A stretch of DNA of 44,277 nt. Origin: an uncultured Syntrophomonadaceae bacterium. GTDB lineage: Bacteria; Bacillota; Dethiobacteria; DTU022; PWGO01. How positions within the stretch are numbered: the first letter of the stretch is position 1; each line of letters opens with the position of its first letter. The stretch lies in NCBI GenBank assembly GCA_964402625.1, contig CAYODA010000002.1:1-44277 (forward strand), given 5' to 3'. Under the pieces are notes generated by a model, which ran no database searches, was not told the DNA's origin, and was given only the letters and a program-made list of their open reading frames with translations. Made by a program: the position numbers and the translations under genes. Shown piece by piece: positions 9,277 through 22,494 of this stretch.

Positions 9277-12200
9277 TTGTTAGATGTCAATAATTTTGAC
9301 ACTCTAAAAATTGGTCTGGCTTCTCCGGAACAGATAAGAGCCTGGTCCAGAGGAGAAGTTAAGAAACCGGAAACCATAAATTATCGCACCTTGAAGCCGG
9401 AAAGGGAAGGGCTTTTTTGCGAAAAGATATTCGGTCCGGTAAAAGACTGGGAATGCCACTGCGGCAAGTTCAAGAGAGTCCGCTACCGGGGTATAGTTTG
9501 TGACCGCTGTGGAGTAGAGGTTACCCGGGCCAAGGTGAGGCGGGAGAGAATGGGTCATATTGAACTGGCCGCTCCTGTTTCCCATATATGGTATTTTAAA
9601 GGAATTCCCAGCCGTATGGGGCTCTTGTTGGATATGTCCCCGCGGGCCCTGGAAAGGGTGCTGTATTTTGCTGCATACGTGGTAATAGATCCCGGGGAGA
9701 CTTATTTGAGCAAAAACCAGCTGTTAACAGAAGCGGAGTACCGGGAGTACCGGGAAAAGTACGATGCTCTTTTCCAGGCCGGCAAAGGTTTCCGTGCGGA
9801 AATGGGCGCAGAAGCCATCAAGAAACTCCTGGATGAAATTGATCTGGAAGAGCTTTCGCGGCAGCTGCGCGAAGAGCTCAAAACCTTTACCGGTCAGAAA
9901 AGGGTGCGGACGGTTCGTAGGCTGGAAGTAGTAGAGTCCTTCCGCAAGTCGGGTAACTTCCCGGAGTGGATGATCTTGGATGTGATACCGGTAATTCCTC
10001 CGGACCTGCGTCCCATGGTACAGCTGGACGGGGGGCGTTTTGCTACTTCCGATTTGAACGACCTGTACCGCCGGGTTATCAACCGCAATAATCGCTTAAA
10101 GAGGCTCCTGGACCTGGGAGCTCCCGATATAATTGTACGCAACGAGAAGAGGATGCTGCAGGAAGCGGTAGATGCACTAATAGATAACGGTCGCAGGGGA
10201 AGGCCGGTTACCGGCCCGGGTAATCGTCCCCTTAAATCCCTCAGCGATATGCTGAAAGGCAAGCAGGGACGTTTCCGCCAGAATCTCCTGGGCAAAAGGG
10301 TGGATTATTCCGGGCGTTCGGTTATCGTGGTAGGCCCGGAGTTAAAGATTTACCAGTGCGGCCTGCCCAAGGAAATGGCCCTGGAGCTGTTCAAGCCATT
10401 TGTTATGAAAAGGCTGGTTAACGACGGCCTGGCCCATAATATCAAGAGCGCCAAGAGGATGGTTGAGAAGATCAAACCGGAAGTATGGGATGTGCTGGAA
10501 GAGGTTATCAAGGAGCATTCCGTCTTGTTAAACCGCGCTCCCACACTTCACCGGCTGGGTATACAGGCGTTTGAACCGGTGCTGGTAGAAGGAAGAGCCA
10601 TTCAGATTCATCCCCTGGTATGTCCCGCCTACAATGCCGATTTTGACGGGGACCAGATGGCTGTTCACGTACCGCTTTCCGCAGAAGCCCAGGCGGAAGC
10701 AAGGACATTGATGCTTTCGGCACAGAATCTGTTGAATCCCAAGGACGGTGCTCCCGTAGCCACTCCCACCCAGGACATGGTACTGGGAATATACTACCTT
10801 ACCATGGAAAAGAAAGGGACTAAAGGGGAAGGCAAGATCTTTATGGATCCCGAAGAAGCAATGATGGCATATGAGCAGGGCTTCCTGGAACTGCATTCCC
10901 GGGTGCTGGTTAAAACTTCCGGGTTTAAAAAAGAACAGCTTCAGCAGTTCGAGGGTTACCTGTTGACCACGGTGGGTAAGATGATACTAAACGAAATCTT
11001 CCCCGAGGATTTCTTCTATATAAACAATGCTAACCTGAGTGAGCACCTGCCCCAGGATAACCTCATAGCAAGGGGGCAGCCGCTGGATATCCAGCAGATA
11101 TTGGACACGGTGAAACTCAACAAGCCTATCAAGAAAGACACCCTGGGAGATATTATTGGCAGCTGTAACCGCAAGTACGGAAACACTCGTACTTCGGAGA
11201 TTCTCGATAGCATCAAAAAGCTGGGTTACAACTATGCCACCCGGGCGGGCGTTACCATCTCTATCGAGGACATTGCTGTTCCGGAAGAGAAGCAGGAAAT
11301 GCTGGATGAAGCCGAAGGTAAGGTAGAACAGGTAGAGAACCAGTACCGCCGCGGCCTTATTACGGATAAAGAAAGGTACGACCGGGTTATTGACATATGG
11401 GGCGATAGCAAAGATCGTGTTTCCGAGACCCTTATGAACAACCTGGAAGAAGACAACCCGGTTTATATGATGGCTGCTTCCGGAGCACGGGGTAACGAAT
11501 CGCAGATTACCCAGCTGGGCGGTATGCGCGGCCTTATGGCTGACCCCACCGGAAGGATTATAGACCTTCCCATTAAAGCCAACTTCCGGGAAGGCCTGAC
11601 AGTGCTGGAGTACTTTATCTCCACCCATGGTGCCCGCAAGGGCCTGGCCGACACTGCCTTGAAGACCGCCGATTCCGGGTACCTTACCCGGAGACTGGTA
11701 GATGTGTCGCAGGACGTTATTGTCCGTGAAGAGGACTGCGGCACTACCCAGGGGATAGACATGACCGAGTTGATGAACTATGAAAACGGTTTGAAAGAAG
11801 TCCTGGAAAGAGTAGAGGGCCGTTTTGCCCTGGAGAACGTATACCATCCCGAAACCGGGGAAGTGCTCATTGGTGCCGGTGAATTGATTGAAAAAGAGAT
11901 GCTGGAAGAACTGTACCGGCTGCAGGTAAGCCAGATAAGATTCCGCTCCGTGCTCACATGCAAGACCAGGCACGGCGTCTGCGTAAAGTGTTACGGAAGG
12001 AACCTGGCTTCAGGTAAAATAGTGGATGTTGGAGAAGCGGTAGGTATTGTGGCGGCACAGTCTATCGGAGAGCCGGGCACCCAGCTAACCATGCGTACTT
12101 TCCATACCGGTGGAGTGGCCGGGGACGACATTACCCAGGGCCTTCCCAGGGTAGAGGAGTTGTTTGAAGCACGCAAGCCCAAGGGTCAGTCTCTTATCAG

Positions 12201-12939
12201 CGAGCTTTCCGGCACGGTGGAAGTTTTTGAAACCCTCTATAAGAGGGAGGTAAAGATAACTTCTGAGCAAGGGGACAGCAGGACGTACCCCGTTCCTTAC
12301 GGTGCACGCCTGAAAGTGGAAGATGGACAGGAGATAGAAGCCGGAGACGAACTTACGGAAGGTTCTATCAATCCCCACGAGCTCTTGAAAGTAAAAGGAG
12401 TCCGGGGAGTGCAGACCTACCTCCTGGAGGAAGTGCAGAGGGTTTACCATCTGCAGGGAGTGGATATTAACGACAAACACATTGAAGTTATTATCCGCCA
12501 GATGCTTAAAAAGGTACGCATAGAAGAAGCCGGTGACACGGAGTTTCTACCGGGTGAGGTTATAGACAGTTTCGTATTTGAAGATATAAACGAAGAAATC
12601 AGGCAGGAAGGTGGAAAACCTGCCGTGGCCAGGCCGCTGCTTTTGGGTATTACCAAGGCTTCACTGGCTACGGATTCTTTCCTTTCCGCAGCTTCCTTCC
12701 AGGAAACCACCCGGGTTTTAACCGAAGCTTCTATTAAGAGCAAAACCGATCCCCTCCTGGGACTAAAAGAAAACGTGATTATAGGAAAGCTCATTCCCGC
12801 AGGGACCGGCATGTCCCGTTACCGCAACATTGAAGTTTACCCCCGGGGAAGTGCAGGCGAGGTAAAGGAAGTGGAAACTACCGAACAAGAAGGAGGAGAT
12901 TCGGAAGAAGAAGCCATGCCTGCTCCCGGAGAAAATTAA
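9277..12939 (+). CDS. rpoC: DNA-directed RNA polymerase subunit beta'
   Basis: Zn motif CHCGKFK...CDRCGVEV, catalytic NADFDGDQM, trigger-loop region. The TTG at 9277 gives an MLDVNNF N-terminus 8 nt after the GGGAG SD; the GTG at 9268 is the alternative. Confidence 0.96.
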   Translation: MLDVNNFDTLKIGLASPEQIRAWSRGEVKKPETINYRTLKPEREGLFCEKIFGPVKDWECHCGKFKRVRYRGIVCDRCGVEVTRAKVRRERMGHIELAAPVSHIWYFKGIPSRMGLLLDMSPRALERVLYFAAYVVIDPGETYLSKNQLLTEAEYREYREKYDALFQAGKGFRAEMGAEAIKKLLDEIDLEELSRQLREELKTFTGQKRVRTVRRLEVVESFRKSGNFPEWMILDVIPVIPPDLRPMVQLDGGRFATSDLNDLYRRVINRNNRLKRLLDLGAPDIIVRNEKRMLQEAVDALIDNGRRGRPVTGPGNRPLKSLSDMLKGKQGRFRQNLLGKRVDYSGRSVIVVGPELKIYQCGLPKEMALELFKPFVMKRLVNDGLAHNIKSAKRMVEKIKPEVWDVLEEVIKEHSVLLNRAPTLHRLGIQAFEPVLVEGRAIQIHPLVCPAYNADFDGDQMAVHVPLSAEAQAEARTLMLSAQNLLNPKDGAPVATPTQDMVLGIYYLTMEKKGTKGEGKIFMDPEEAMMAYEQGFLELHSRVLVKTSGFKKEQLQQFEGYLLTTVGKMILNEIFPEDFFYINNANLSEHLPQDNLIARGQPLDIQQILDTVKLNKPIKKDTLGDIIGSCNRKYGNTRTSEILDSIKKLGYNYATRAGVTISIEDIAVPEEKQEMLDEAEGKVEQVENQYRRGLITDKERYDRVIDIWGDSKDRVSETLMNNLEEDNPVYMMAASGARGNESQITQLGGMRGLMADPTGRIIDLPIKANFREGLTVLEYFISTHGARKGLADTALKTADSGYLTRRLVDVSQDVIVREEDCGTTQGIDMTELMNYENGLKEVLERVEGRFALENVYHPETGEVLIGAGELIEKEMLEELYRLQVSQIRFRSVLTCKTRHGVCVKCYGRNLASGKIVDVGEAVGIVAAQSIGEPGTQLTMRTFHTGGVAGDDITQGLPRVEELFEARKPKGQSLISELSGTVEVFETLYKREVKITSEQGDSRTYPVPYGARLKVEDGQEIEAGDELTEGSINPHELLKVKGVRGVQTYLLEEVQRVYHLQGVDINDKHIEVIIRQMLKKVRIEEAGDTEFLPGEVIDSFVFEDINEEIRQEGGKPAVARPLLLGITKASLATDSFLSAASFQETTRVLTEASIKSKTDPLLGLKENVIIGKLIPAGTGMSRYRNIEVYPRGSAGEVKEVETTEQEGGDSEEEAMPAPGEN

Positions 12940-12940
12940 A

Positions 12941-12969
12941 TTGACAGCTTGCCGGGGGGATGATAAAAT
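12941..12969 (+). promoter_or_regulatory. sigma-A type promoter for the L7Ae-like/rpsL/rpsG/fusA/tuf (str) operon
   Basis: TTGACA (12941-12946), exact 17-nt spacer, TAAAAT (12964-12969), located 2 nt after the rpoC stop. Confidence 0.55.
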
Positions 12970-13013
12970 ACTTGAGTGTGCATTAAAGAGCTCTTGTTGG
13001 AGGTAAAATAAAG

Positions 13014-13265
13014 ATGGAAGCAAAGAGCCTTAAAGAAGCACGACGCAAGGTAGTCGGAACCAAACAAACATACCGTGCCGTAGAAAATGGTGAAGCCCGA
13101 ACGGTATTTGTTGCCGAAGATGCCGAAGACAAAGTAAAAGAGCCTGTAGTGCAGTTGTGTCAGGAAAAAGGTATAGAGTGGCATTATGCAGGCTCTATGG
13201 CCGAACTGGGAGAACAGTGCGGCATAAAGGTAGGGGCCGCTTCGGCGGCGGTAATAGAGTACTAA
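13014..13265 (+). CDS. L7Ae-family ribosome-associated protein (YbxF/RplGB-like)
   Basis: 83 aa, VVGTKQTYRAVENGEARTVFVAEDAE...G pattern of the L7Ae/L30e fold. Same position between rpoC and rpsL as B. subtilis ybxF. Confidence 0.8.
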   Translation: MEAKSLKEARRKVVGTKQTYRAVENGEARTVFVAEDAEDKVKEPVVQLCQEKGIEWHYAGSMAELGEQCGIKVGAASAAVIEY

Positions 13266-13358
13266 ACGTCAAAATCATCTTTTTTCCTTATACCAATTAA
13301 GATAATTAAAGAAGAAAGATTATATTAAAGATAAGTTTAAAAGAGAGGAGGGACAAAT

Positions 13359-13733
13359 TTGCCTACACTGAACCAGCTGGTAAGAAAGGGACGCGAGAAA
13401 ATTACCTACCAGTCTTCCTCGCGTGCTCTGGAAGGCTCTCCCCAGAAACGGGGTGTATGTTTAAGGGTTTCCACAACCACTCCCAAAAAACCCAATTCGG
13501 CCCTTCGTAAAATTGCACGGGTCAGGTTGACCAACGGAGTGGAAGTTACTGCATATATACCGGGTATTGGTCATAACCTGCAGGAACACTCCGTGGTACT
13601 GGTGCGAGGGGGAAGGGTGAAAGACCTTCCCGGGGTCAGGTACCACCTGGTAAGAGGAGCCTTGGATGCTGCAGGAGTGGAAAACCGGGCGCAAAGCCGT
13701 TCCAAATACGGTACTAAAAAGCCCAGGAAATAA
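13359..13733 (+). CDS. rpsL: 30S ribosomal protein S12
   Basis: 124 aa, [12 protein letters not shown]...[13 protein letters not shown] start 5 nt after GAGGAGGG. Confidence 0.97.
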   Translation: MPTLNQLVRKGREKITYQSSSRALEGSPQKRGVCLRVSTTTPKKPNSALRKIARVRLTNGVEVTAYIPGIGHNLQEHSVVLVRGGRVKDLPGVRYHLVRGALDAAGVENRAQSRSKYGTKKPRK

Positions 13734-13757
13734 GAGGAGTCAAGGAGGTGAAAGGTA

Positions 13758-14228
13758 ATGCCGCGAAAAGGTCCGGTGCCAAAGAGGGAAGTAGTTCCCG
13801 ATCCCATATATAACAGCAAGATGGTAGCCAAGTTGGTTAACAAGCTCATGTACGACGGAGAGAAAGGTAAGGCACAAAGAATAGTTTACAGGGCTTTTGA
13901 CCGAATAAAAGAAAAGACGGGAAACGATCCACTGGAAATTTTTGAAGCTGCCGTGCGCAATGTTTCGCCGGTGCTGGAGGTTAAGCCCCGCCGGGTGGGT
14001 GGAGCTACTTACCAGGTTCCTATTGAAGTTAATGCGCACCGTAAAAATATCCTGGCTCTTCGTTGGCTGGTAAATTACGCCAGGGCCAGGCCGGAAAAGA
14101 CTATTGATGAGCGGCTTGCTTCTGAGTTGATGGATGCTGCAAACAATACTGGTAACGCCGTGAAAAAGAAAGAAGATACCCACAAGATGGCAGAGGCCAA
14201 CAAGGCGTTTGCCCATTACCGGTGGTAA
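13758..14228 (+). CDS. rpsG: 30S ribosomal protein S7
   Basis: 156 aa, [12 protein letters not shown]...[11 protein letters not shown]. Confidence 0.97.
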   Translation: MPRKGPVPKREVVPDPIYNSKMVAKLVNKLMYDGEKGKAQRIVYRAFDRIKEKTGNDPLEIFEAAVRNVSPVLEVKPRRVGGATYQVPIEVNAHRKNILALRWLVNYARARPEKTIDERLASELMDAANNTGNAVKKKEDTHKMAEANKAFAHYRW

Positions 14229-14273
14229 TAAAACTGAGAAATTATATTCACCTTAAGAGGAAGGGGGGTTAAG

Positions 14274-16349
14274 ATGAGAGATATAGCACTGGAACGAGTA
14301 AGGAATATAGGATTTGCTGCCCACATTGACGCGGGTAAGACTACCACTACCGAAAGAGTGCTTTTCTACAGCGGCAGGCTTCATCGCCTGGGAGAAGTTC
14401 ACGAAGGAACCGCTACCATGGACTGGATGGACCAGGAGCAGGAGAGAGGAATTACCATTACTTCTGCGGCAACTACCTGTCACTGGCTCGATCATCAAAT
14501 TAACATTATTGACACGCCTGGACACGTGGACTTTACCGTGGAGGTAGAGCGCTCGGTACGTATTTTAGATGGTGTGGTAGCCATATTCTGTGCTAAAAAC
14601 GGGGTGGAACCGCAGTCGGAAACCGTATGGAGGCAGGCTGACCGTTATGAAGCACCCCGTCTGGCGTACATCAACAAGATGGATACTGTGGGCGCCGATT
14701 ACTATAACGTTCTGGAAATGATGGAAAAGAGGCTAGGAGCCAATACAGCCCCCATGCAGCTGCCTATTGGAAAAGAAAGCAGTTTCGAGGGCATTATAGA
14801 CCTGGTTAATTTTAAAGCTTACTATTTCACGGATGACCTGGGAACCAAGAGGGAAGAAGGAGAAGTGCCTGAGTCAATGTACGAACTGGCCATAAAGTAC
14901 CGGGACCTGCTTATTGACAAGGTTTCCGAATACGATGATCAGCTCCTGGACAAATACCTGGAAGAAGAAGAGATTACTTCCGGTGACATTAAAAAAGCCT
15001 TGCGAAATGCAACGATAAATAACGCGGTGGTTCCCGTGCTTTGCGGTTCCTCCTATAAGAATAAAGGGGTGCAGCTTTTGATTGACGCAATTGTGCACTA
15101 CCTCCCTTCGCCGATGGATGTACCCCCGGTAAGGGGAAAAGACCCCGAAACCGGTGAGGAGGCTTTCCGCAAATCCTCCGATGAAGAGCCATTTTCGGCA
15201 CTGGTATTCAAGATAATGACGGATCCTTATGCAGGAAAACTCAGCTTTTTGAGGGTATACTCGGGTGTGCTGGAGACGGGCACTACTGTGTATAATTCCG
15301 CCCAGGGCAAGCGGGAAAGAGTAAGCCGTATACTGCGTATGCACGCCAACCGGCGGGAAGAGCGGAAGCGGGCTTATGCCGGTGATATTGTTGCCGTGGT
15401 AGGCTTAAAGCAGGTATCTACGGGGGATACTTTCTGCGACTACCAAAACCCGGTTGTGCTGGAATCTATACGTTTCCCGGAGCCGGTTATATCGGTAGCC
15501 ATTGAGCCCAAGACCAGGGAAGACCAGGAGAAGATGACTTATTCCCTGCAACGCCTGGCAGAGGAAGACCCTACATTTAGAACCCAGATGGAGGAGGAAA
15601 CCGGTCAAATTATTATCTCGGGGATGGGTGAACTTCACCTGGAAGTAATTAAGGATCGGCTGTTAAGAGAATTCAAGGTGCAGGCTAATGTAGGTAATCC
15701 CCAGGTTTCTTACAAGGAAGCCATCAAAAAGCATGCAAGGGCAGAAGGCAGGTTTATCCGCCAGTCCGGCGGCAGGGGTCAGTACGGTCATGTAATCTTG
15801 GAAGTGGAACCCTTGGAAGAAGGCACGGGTTTTGAATTTACCAGTAGTATAGTTGGAGGAACTGTTCCCAAGGAATTTATACCGGCTGTAGAAGAAGGGG
15901 CTAAAGAAGCTACCAACAACGGTGTGATTGCCGGGTACCCGGTTGTGGGAGTGCAAGCCAGGCTGGTGGATGGTTCCTATCACGAGGTAGACTCCTCGGA
16001 AATGGCTTTTAAAATAGCCGGTTCGCAGGCGCTGAAAAAAGCTGTAACGCAGGCCAATCCGGTGTTGATGGAGCCGGTGATGAAACTGGAAATAACTGTC
16101 CCCGAAGAGTATATGGGTGATGTCATGGGAGATATAACCGGGCGCAGGGGCCGAGTGCTGGGTTCGGAAATTCAGAGCGGTAAACAGATAATACGTGCCG
16201 CCGTACCGTTAAGCGAGATGTTCGGGTACGCCACAGAGCTACGGTCCAAGACGCAAGGCAGGGGTATATACAGCATGGAGTTCCTGCAGTACGAAGAAGT
16301 TCCCAAGACGATTGCTCAAAAGATAATAAACCAGGAAGCAGTTTATTAA
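14274..16349 (+). CDS. fusA: elongation factor G
   Basis: 691 aa with [14 protein letters not shown]-loop, DTPGHVDF and NKMD motifs. Confidence 0.98.
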   Translation: MRDIALERVRNIGFAAHIDAGKTTTTERVLFYSGRLHRLGEVHEGTATMDWMDQEQERGITITSAATTCHWLDHQINIIDTPGHVDFTVEVERSVRILDGVVAIFCAKNGVEPQSETVWRQADRYEAPRLAYINKMDTVGADYYNVLEMMEKRLGANTAPMQLPIGKESSFEGIIDLVNFKAYYFTDDLGTKREEGEVPESMYELAIKYRDLLIDKVSEYDDQLLDKYLEEEEITSGDIKKALRNATINNAVVPVLCGSSYKNKGVQLLIDAIVHYLPSPMDVPPVRGKDPETGEEAFRKSSDEEPFSALVFKIMTDPYAGKLSFLRVYSGVLETGTTVYNSAQGKRERVSRILRMHANRREERKRAYAGDIVAVVGLKQVSTGDTFCDYQNPVVLESIRFPEPVISVAIEPKTREDQEKMTYSLQRLAEEDPTFRTQMEEETGQIIISGMGELHLEVIKDRLLREFKVQANVGNPQVSYKEAIKKHARAEGRFIRQSGGRGQYGHVILEVEPLEEGTGFEFTSSIVGGTVPKEFIPAVEEGAKEATNNGVIAGYPVVGVQARLVDGSYHEVDSSEMAFKIAGSQALKKAVTQANPVLMEPVMKLEITVPEEYMGDVMGDITGRRGRVLGSEIQSGKQIIRAAVPLSEMFGYATELRSKTQGRGIYSMEFLQYEEVPKTIAQKIINQEAVY

Positions 16350-16377
16350 TTAATTTGTTTCTATAAAACATTTCTTC

Positions 16378-17597
16378 AGGAGGTTGATTTAAAATGGCCA
16401 AGGAGAAGTTTGAAAGGACCAAGCCTCACGTTAATATTGGTACCATAGGTCACGTGGACCACGGCAAGACTACGCTGACGGCGGCGGTGACGTACTGCTT
16501 ATCCAATGCCGGTTATGCGGACAAGACGAAGTTTGAGGATATTGACAAGGCGCCCGAGGAAAAGGAGCGTGGCATCACGATTGCCACGGCGCACGTGGAA
16601 TACGAGACGGACAACCGTCACTATGCGCACGTGGACTGCCCCGGTCACGCGGACTATGTTAAGAACATGATTACCGGTGCGGCGCAGATGGACGGGTCCG
16701 TGCTGGTGGTATCCGCTGCGGACGGTCCCATGCCGCAGACCCGGGAACATATTTTGCTGTCCCGCCAGGTGGGAGTGCCATACATAGTTGTCTTTTTAAA
16801 CAAGGCGGACATGGTTGATGACGAAGAGCTGCTGGAGCTTGTGGAGATGGAAGTTCGCGACCTGTTAAACGAATACGAGTTTCCCGGGGACGAGGTTCCT
16901 GTAGTTACCGGTTCTGCGTTGAAGGCGCTGGAGTGCGGATGTGGTTCCAGCGAGTGCGAGCACTGTGGCAAGGTATGGGAACTAATGAATGCTATAGACG
17001 AATACGTTCCCACTCCCGAGCGAGACAAGGATAAGCCTTATTTGATGCCGATAGAGGACGTATTCAGTATTACGGGCCGCGGCACGGTGGTCACGGGCCG
17101 TGTGGAGCGTGGAGTAATCAAGACGGGTGATGAGGTAGAGATAGTTGGTTTTGCCGAGAAACCCCGTAAGACTGTTGCAACCGGGGTGGAGATGTTCCGC
17201 AAGATCCTGGATGAAGCTGAAGCGGGAGACAACATAGGTGTGCTGCTGCGCGGGGTAGACCGCGACGAGGTAGAGCGCGGGCAAGTTCTGGCCAAGCCCG
17301 GTTCTATAAACCCGCATACCAAGTTTAAGGCGGAAGTGTATGTATTGAAGAAGGAAGAAGGCGGTCGCCATACGCCGTTTTTCCAGGGTTACAGGCCCCA
17401 GTTTTATCTCCGTACTACCGACGTAACGGGGGTAATCACGCTTCCGGAAGGAGTAGAGATGGTGATGCCGGGAGACAACGTAAATATGGAGATAGAACTG
17501 ATAACGCCGGTAGCCATAGAAGAAGGTCTTCGTTTTGCAGTCCGTGAAGGCGGCAGAACGGTAGGCGCTGGCGTGGTTACCGGGGTGGAAAGTTAAG
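16378..17597 (+). repeat. 1220-bp direct repeat copy B (SD + tuf + 1 nt), identical to 271..1490
   Basis: See copy A. The constant offset is 16107 nt. Confidence 0.9.
16394..17596 (+). CDS. tuf: elongation factor Tu (copy 2, canonical str-operon position)
   Basis: Protein identical to copy 1. Follows fusA. Confidence 0.98.
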   Translation: MAKEKFERTKPHVNIGTIGHVDHGKTTLTAAVTYCLSNAGYADKTKFEDIDKAPEEKERGITIATAHVEYETDNRHYAHVDCPGHADYVKNMITGAAQMDGSVLVVSAADGPMPQTREHILLSRQVGVPYIVVFLNKADMVDDEELLELVEMEVRDLLNEYEFPGDEVPVVTGSALKALECGCGSSECEHCGKVWELMNAIDEYVPTPERDKDKPYLMPIEDVFSITGRGTVVTGRVERGVIKTGDEVEIVGFAEKPRKTVATGVEMFRKILDEAEAGDNIGVLLRGVDRDEVERGQVLAKPGSINPHTKFKAEVYVLKKEEGGRHTPFFQGYRPQFYLRTTDVTGVITLPEGVEMVMPGDNVNMEIELITPVAIEEGLRFAVREGGRTVGAGVVTGVES

Positions 17598-17670
17598 AAT
17601 AACTCCCCGAAGAAGCCATGAAACAGTGTGGCAATCCGGGTCAATTTTTGGCGCGAGGAGGCATGGGTAA

Positions 17671-17979
17671 GTGGCAAGTCAAAAAGTACGTATAAGGTTA
17701 AAGGCGTTCGATCACAATCTGCTGGATCAGTCGTCGGGTAAAATAGTGGAAACGGCAAAAAGAACCGGGGCGGAAGTATCCGGTCCGGTACCTCTGCCCA
17801 CAGAAAAAAACATGTATACGGTCATACGGGCTCCTCATAAATTCAAGGACTCCCGGGAGCAGTTTGAGATGCGAACTCATAAGAGGCTGATTGATATTCT
17901 GGATCCCGGTCCCAAGACCATAGACGCTTTAATGCGCTTAGACTTACCTGCAGGTGTGGATATTGAAATCAAGCTGTAG
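17671..17979 (+). CDS. rpsJ: 30S ribosomal protein S10
   Basis: 102 aa, [20 protein letters not shown] start 9 nt after GAGGAGG. Confidence 0.96.
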   Translation: MASQKVRIRLKAFDHNLLDQSSGKIVETAKRTGAEVSGPVPLPTEKNMYTVIRAPHKFKDSREQFEMRTHKRLIDILDPGPKTIDALMRLDLPAGVDIEIKL

Positions 17980-18003
17980 GTGTCGCAGGAGGTGAAAAAA
18001 AGG

Positions 18004-18642
18004 GTGAAAAAAGCGATACTGGCCCGCAAAGTAGGGATGACTCAAATATACAATGAAGAAGGCAGGGTAGTGCCTGTAACTGTTCTTAAGGCAGGCCCGT
18101 GCAAAGTAGTGCAGCAAAAAGCAGAAGAAAAAGAAGGTTACCAGGCTGTACAGGTAGGATTTGAAGAGCTGAATCCGGGCAAGGCAAACCGTCCCCTGCA
18201 GGGACATTTTAAAAAATGGGGAGTTAGCCCCTTCCGCTTTTTAAAAGAGTTTCGGCTGGAGGAAGCCGGCCAATACCAGCCGGGAGATGAAATCAAAGCG
18301 GATCTTTTTAACGCTGGCGATATGGTAGATGTAAGCGCCCTGTCCAAGGGTAAAGGTTTTGCCGGCTCCGTTAAGAGACACCGGCAGAGCACTGGTCCCA
18401 AGACGCGCGGATCCCATTACCATCGTGGTCCCGGTTCACTGGGGAACATGGATTCTTCCCGCGTGTTCAAGGGAAGGCCATTGCCCGGGCGCATGGGAGG
18501 CAAAAAAACTACCGTAATGAACTTGCAGGTAGTGGAAGCAGATGCCGAAAAAAACTTGCTGATGGTCAGAGGCGGAGTCCCCGGTCCCCGGGGTGGCCTG
18601 GTAGAGGTAAGAAACGCAGCAAAAGCGGCACAATCAGGATAA
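18004..18642 (+). CDS. rplC: 50S ribosomal protein L3
   Basis: The GTG at 18004 gives MKKAILARKVGMTQ, matching conserved L3 N-termini. The track start 17980 adds 8 unconserved residues and overlaps the SD. Confidence 0.93.
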   Translation: MKKAILARKVGMTQIYNEEGRVVPVTVLKAGPCKVVQQKAEEKEGYQAVQVGFEELNPGKANRPLQGHFKKWGVSPFRFLKEFRLEEAGQYQPGDEIKADLFNAGDMVDVSALSKGKGFAGSVKRHRQSTGPKTRGSHYHRGPGSLGNMDSSRVFKGRPLPGRMGGKKTTVMNLQVVEADAEKNLLMVRGGVPGPRGGLVEVRNAAKAAQSG

Positions 18643-18680
18643 TAACACCGTGGTGCGGATAGTGCGGAAAGGAGGTAGCC

Positions 18681-19307
18681 TTGGTGTCCAAGGTAGCAGT
18701 AGTTAACGAAAACGGGAAACAGGTGGGGGAGGTGGAGCTTAACGAAGAGCTTTTCCTGGCCCCCGTTAAAAAAGGCGCCGTATATTATACGGCGGTGGCC
18801 CAACAGGCCAACCGCCGGCAGGGAACTTCCTCTACCAAGTCCAGAGGCGAAGTCAGGGGTAGCAAGAGCAAGCCCTGGCCCCAGAAAGGTACCGGAAGAG
18901 CCAGGCACGGCACCGTTCGCTCTCCCCTATGGGTAGGAGGAGCGGTGACATTTGGGCCCCAGCCGAGGAGTTTCCGGAAAAAAATACCCAGGAAAATGAA
19001 AAGGACGGCCCTTAAGTCGGTGTTGAGCTCAAAGCACCAGGAGGGGAAGCTGCTGGTGGTGGAAGAACTCTCCCTGGAAGAGCCCAAAACCAGGAGGATA
19101 GCCAATCTCTTAAAAAACCTGGAAATTAATACTGATACGCTCCTGGTAACCTCCGGGCCCAGTCCGGAAATTATAAAGTCTACCCGGAATCTGCCGGGGG
19201 TAAAAACGCTTAATGCTCACCAGTTGAATGTGCTGGATTTACTGGACCACGATTATGTGATCTTTACCAGGGAGGCACTGCAGGTGGTAGAGGAGGTGTT
19301 TTCCTGA
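18681..19307 (+). CDS. rplD: 50S ribosomal protein L4
   Basis: 208 aa, L4-like ([24 protein letters not shown]). The start could be TTG 18681 or GTG 18684. Confidence 0.95.
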   Translation: MVSKVAVVNENGKQVGEVELNEELFLAPVKKGAVYYTAVAQQANRRQGTSSTKSRGEVRGSKSKPWPQKGTGRARHGTVRSPLWVGGAVTFGPQPRSFRKKIPRKMKRTALKSVLSSKHQEGKLLVVEELSLEEPKTRRIANLLKNLEINTDTLLVTSGPSPEIIKSTRNLPGVKTLNAHQLNVLDLLDHDYVIFTREALQVVEEVFS

Positions 19308-19594
19308 TGGATAATCCCAGGGACATTATATTAAAACCGGTTATTACTGAACGGTCTACTGAACTCATGGAGCAGAACAAATATACTTTCCTGGTGCATA
19401 GAGCCGCAAACAAGATTCAGATAAAAAAAGCACTGGAAGATATATTTGATGTAAAGGTCAAGTCGGTTAACACCATGAATGTTAAAGGTAAGAAACGACG
19501 CCTGGGGCGTTTCCCGGAAGGTTTACGTCCCGGTTATAAGAAAGCCATTGTGACCTTAAAAGACGACAGCAAGCCGATAGAGATATTCGAATAA
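19307..19594 (+). CDS. rplW: 50S ribosomal protein L23
   Basis: 95 aa. TGATG overlap with the rplD stop. [11 protein letters not shown] motif. Confidence 0.96.
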   Translation: MDNPRDIILKPVITERSTELMEQNKYTFLVHRAANKIQIKKALEDIFDVKVKSVNTMNVKGKKRRLGRFPEGLRPGYKKAIVTLKDDSKPIEIFE

Positions 19595-19639
19595 GCATGC
19601 CGGCAGAATGTCCGGCGGACAAGGTAAGGGGGGATAGAG

Positions 19640-20473
19640 ATGTCCTTAAAACGCTTCCGGCCCACTTCTTCAGGAAGAAGGTTCATGACAGTATCTTCTT
19701 TTGAAGATATAACCAAGAAAGAACCCGAAAAGAAGCTGTTGACTGCTCACAAAAAAACATCCGGGCGTAATGTTTACGGCCGTATTACCGTGCGGCATAA
19801 AGGTGGAGGCAGTAAAAAGAAGTACCGTATAATCGACTTCAAACGAGACAAGGATAACATCCCTGCCCGCGTAGCGGGAGTGGAATACGATCCCAACCGT
19901 ACATCCCGCATAGCCCTTCTTAACTACGCGGACGGGGAAAAAAGATATATCCTGGCCCCCCTGGGGCTAAGAGAGGGACAGCAGGTAATATCCGGCTCCA
20001 AAGCCCAAATCAGGCCAGGTAACGCGTTGCCGCTGCGGAATATTCCTGCGGGAACTTTTGTGCACAACGTGGAATTGAAGCCCGGTGCCGGTGGACAGAT
20101 GGTTCGCTCTGCCGGTGGTGCGGCACAGCTGGTAGCCAAAGAAGGCAAATATGCCCACGTGAAGCTGCCCTCTGGTGAAGTAAGGCTGGTGTTCCAGGAT
20201 TGCAAGGCTACAGTGGGACAGCTTGGCAACGTGGAGCACGAAAACATCGATATAGGAAAAGCAGGAAGGGCCCGCTGGATGGGCCGCAGGCCAACGGTAC
20301 GCGGTTCAGCCATGAACCCGGCCGACCACCCCCACGGAGGGGGAGAAGGAAGGGCACCCATAGGAATGCCCAGCCCGGTCACGCCCTGGGGTAAACCAAC
20401 CCTGGGTTACAAGACCCGGCGCAAGAATAAAAAATCCGATAGCTTGATTGTTAAATCTCGCAGGAAAAAATAA
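19640..20473 (+). CDS. rplB: 50S ribosomal protein L2
   Basis: 277 aa, [23 protein letters not shown] motif. Confidence 0.98.
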   Translation: MSLKRFRPTSSGRRFMTVSSFEDITKKEPEKKLLTAHKKTSGRNVYGRITVRHKGGGSKKKYRIIDFKRDKDNIPARVAGVEYDPNRTSRIALLNYADGEKRYILAPLGLREGQQVISGSKAQIRPGNALPLRNIPAGTFVHNVELKPGAGGQMVRSAGGAAQLVAKEGKYAHVKLPSGEVRLVFQDCKATVGQLGNVEHENIDIGKAGRARWMGRRPTVRGSAMNPADHPHGGGEGRAPIGMPSPVTPWGKPTLGYKTRRKNKKSDSLIVKSRRKK

Positions 20474-20506
20474 AACCAAGTTAGAGAGTTTTAAGGAGGG
20501 TAGCGG

Positions 20507-20791
20507 ATGGTACGTTCTTTAAAAAAAGGTCCCTATGTGGAGCCAAAGCTTTTACGGAGAATAGAAGAACTTAATGAAAAGAAACAAAAAAAGGTTATTA
20601 AAACCTGGTCCAGGCGTTCCACCATTTTTCCGGAAATGGTAGGGCATACTATAGCAGTGCACGACGGACGGAAACACGTGCCCGTATTTATTAACGAAGA
20701 CATGGTTGGTCACAAACTGGGAGAATTTGCACCAACACGTACTTTTAAGGGGCACGGTTCGCATACCGAACGTTCTACTGCCTTAAAGTAA
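20507..20791 (+). CDS. rpsS: 30S ribosomal protein S19
   Basis: 94 aa, SLKKGPYV...[11 protein letters not shown]...[13 protein letters not shown]. Confidence 0.97.
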   Translation: MVRSLKKGPYVEPKLLRRIEELNEKKQKKVIKTWSRRSTIFPEMVGHTIAVHDGRKHVPVFINEDMVGHKLGEFAPTRTFKGHGSHTERSTALK

Positions 20792-20807
20792 GGGGAGGTT
20801 AGAATAT

Positions 20808-21152
20808 ATGGAAGCAAAGGCAAAAGCAAATTACGTCAGAATAGCTCCTCGTAAGGCCAGGGAGGTTATAGATTTAATACGTTATAAACCGATAGATGAG
20901 GCCAGGGCTATACTGCAGTATACTCCCAGAAGGAGTGCGCAGGTGGTCAGCAAACTGCTGGAATCTGCTATAGCCAATGCCGAAAACAATCACGACATGA
21001 ATCCGTACGATCTGTACGTACACCAGGCGTTTGTAAACGAAGGACCTACCATGAAAAGAATTCAGCCCCGGGCCCGAGGACGCCGCAACCTTATTAGAAA
21101 AAGGTTGAGCCACATTACCCTTGTTCTTAGGGAAGGAAAGGAGGCTAAATAA
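20808..21152 (+). CDS. rplV: 50S ribosomal protein L22
   Basis: 114 aa, [21 protein letters not shown]. Confidence 0.96.
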   Translation: MEAKAKANYVRIAPRKAREVIDLIRYKPIDEARAILQYTPRRSAQVVSKLLESAIANAENNHDMNPYDLYVHQAFVNEGPTMKRIQPRARGRRNLIRKRLSHITLVLREGKEAK

Positions 21153-21848
21153 TTGGGTCAAAAAGTAAGCCCCATTGGATTTCGCATAGGAGTAATACGT
21201 GATTGGGAGGCCCGGTGGTACGCTGACAAAAATTACAACCAGTTGCTGCACGAAGACCTGGCCATACGCGAGCATATAGACAAAAAACTCCCTGGAGCCG
21301 GTGTTGCCAAGGTGGAAGTAGAGAGGGCTGCCAATAACGTGCGCTTAAACATCCACACTTCCAAGCCGGGAATGGTCATTGGAAGAGGAGGCGCCGGCGT
21401 TGAGGAACTGCGCAAAGAACTGGAAAAGATAACTAACAAAAAGCTGCATATAAACATCGTGGAGATAAAAACACCGGAGCTGGATGCGTACCTGGTAGCG
21501 GAAAACGTGGCCCTGCAGCTGGCCCGCAGGGTAGCTTTCCGGCGCGCCATGAAGCAGGCCGTCTTTCGCAGCATGAGAGCGGGAGCTAAAGGAATCAAGA
21601 TAATCTGCAGCGGACGCCTGGGTGGAGCGGAAATGGCCCGGAACGAGAGCTATATGGAAGGCACCGTTCCCCTCCAAACCCTGCGTGCCGATATAGACTA
21701 CGGTTTCTGTGAAGCCCACACCATGTACGGACGCCTGGGAGTCAAGGTATGGATATATAAAGGTGAGATACTCCCGCAAAAAGATACCGGTGAAAAGCAG
21801 AAAGAAGCAACTGAAGTCCAGGGAGGGGTAAACCATGCTGATGCCTAA
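21153..21848 (+). CDS. rpsC: 30S ribosomal protein S3
   Basis: 231 aa, [17 protein letters not shown] start immediately after the rplV stop. Confidence 0.97.
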   Translation: MGQKVSPIGFRIGVIRDWEARWYADKNYNQLLHEDLAIREHIDKKLPGAGVAKVEVERAANNVRLNIHTSKPGMVIGRGGAGVEELRKELEKITNKKLHINIVEIKTPELDAYLVAENVALQLARRVAFRRAMKQAVFRSMRAGAKGIKIICSGRLGGAEMARNESYMEGTVPLQTLRADIDYGFCEAHTMYGRLGVKVWIYKGEILPQKDTGEKQKEATEVQGGVNHADA

Positions 21849-22260
21849 AAAGATTAAATTTCGCCGGCAGCAAAGAGGAAGAATGAAGGGCAAGGCTAAA
21901 GGCGGCACCAGTATAGCATTTGGTGAATACGGTTTGCAGGCCGTGGAGCCTTCCTGGGTAACCAGCCGGCAAATCGAGGCGGCCCGTATAGCCATGACCC
22001 GCCATATCAAGCGGGGCGGAAAAGTCTGGATACGCATTTTCCCCGATAAGCCGGTAACCCAAAAGCCCGCTGAGACCAGAATGGGTAAGGGGAAAGGCTC
22101 CCCTGAGTACTGGGTAGCCGTAGTAAAACCCGGGCGGGTAATGTTTGAAATAGCCGGTGTAAGGGAAGATGTGGCTCGCTCGGCTCTAAGGCTGGCAGCT
22201 CACAAATTGCCTAACAAGACCAAATTCGTCAAGCGTCACGAAATGGGTGGTGAGGCGTAA
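21835..22260 (+). CDS. rplP: 50S ribosomal protein L16
   Basis: 141 aa, [19 protein letters not shown]. Overlaps the rpsC end by 14 nt. Confidence 0.96.
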   Translation: MLMPKKIKFRRQQRGRMKGKAKGGTSIAFGEYGLQAVEPSWVTSRQIEAARIAMTRHIKRGGKVWIRIFPDKPVTQKPAETRMGKGKGSPEYWVAVVKPGRVMFEIAGVREDVARSALRLAAHKLPNKTKFVKRHEMGGEA

Positions 22261-22463
22261 TGAAGATAAAAGAGATCAGGGAGCTCTCTGACGAGCAGCT
22301 CCGTCAGAAGGAGAACGAATTGAAAGAAGAGCTGTTTAATCTTCGTTTTCAGCTGGCTACTGGACAGTTGGAAAATCCCATGCGGATAAAAGAAGTCAAA
22401 CGAAGTATCGCCCGGGTTAAAACCATAATCAATGAACGCTACACTTACGCGGGAAATCAGTAA
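22260..22463 (+). CDS. rpmC: 50S ribosomal protein L29
   Basis: 67 aa, [22 protein letters not shown] overlap with rplP. Confidence 0.95.
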   Translation: MKIKEIRELSDEQLRQKENELKEELFNLRFQLATGQLENPMRIKEVKRSIARVKTIINERYTYAGNQ

Positions 22464-22494
22464 CGGCAGTTTTGTATAAGGAGGAGTGAAAGCT

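Noticed and set aside
10987-11973. 328-aa minus-strand ORF inside rpoC. Similar long antisense ORFs occur at 2101..2646, 16982..17758, 21345..22037, 22429..22992, 23381..23884 and 27943..28491.
   Set aside because: Each lies fully antisense to a highly conserved, confidently identified + strand gene. They have no SD and give low-complexity or unrecognisable translations. This is the typical shadow-ORF pattern in moderately GC-rich coding DNA.
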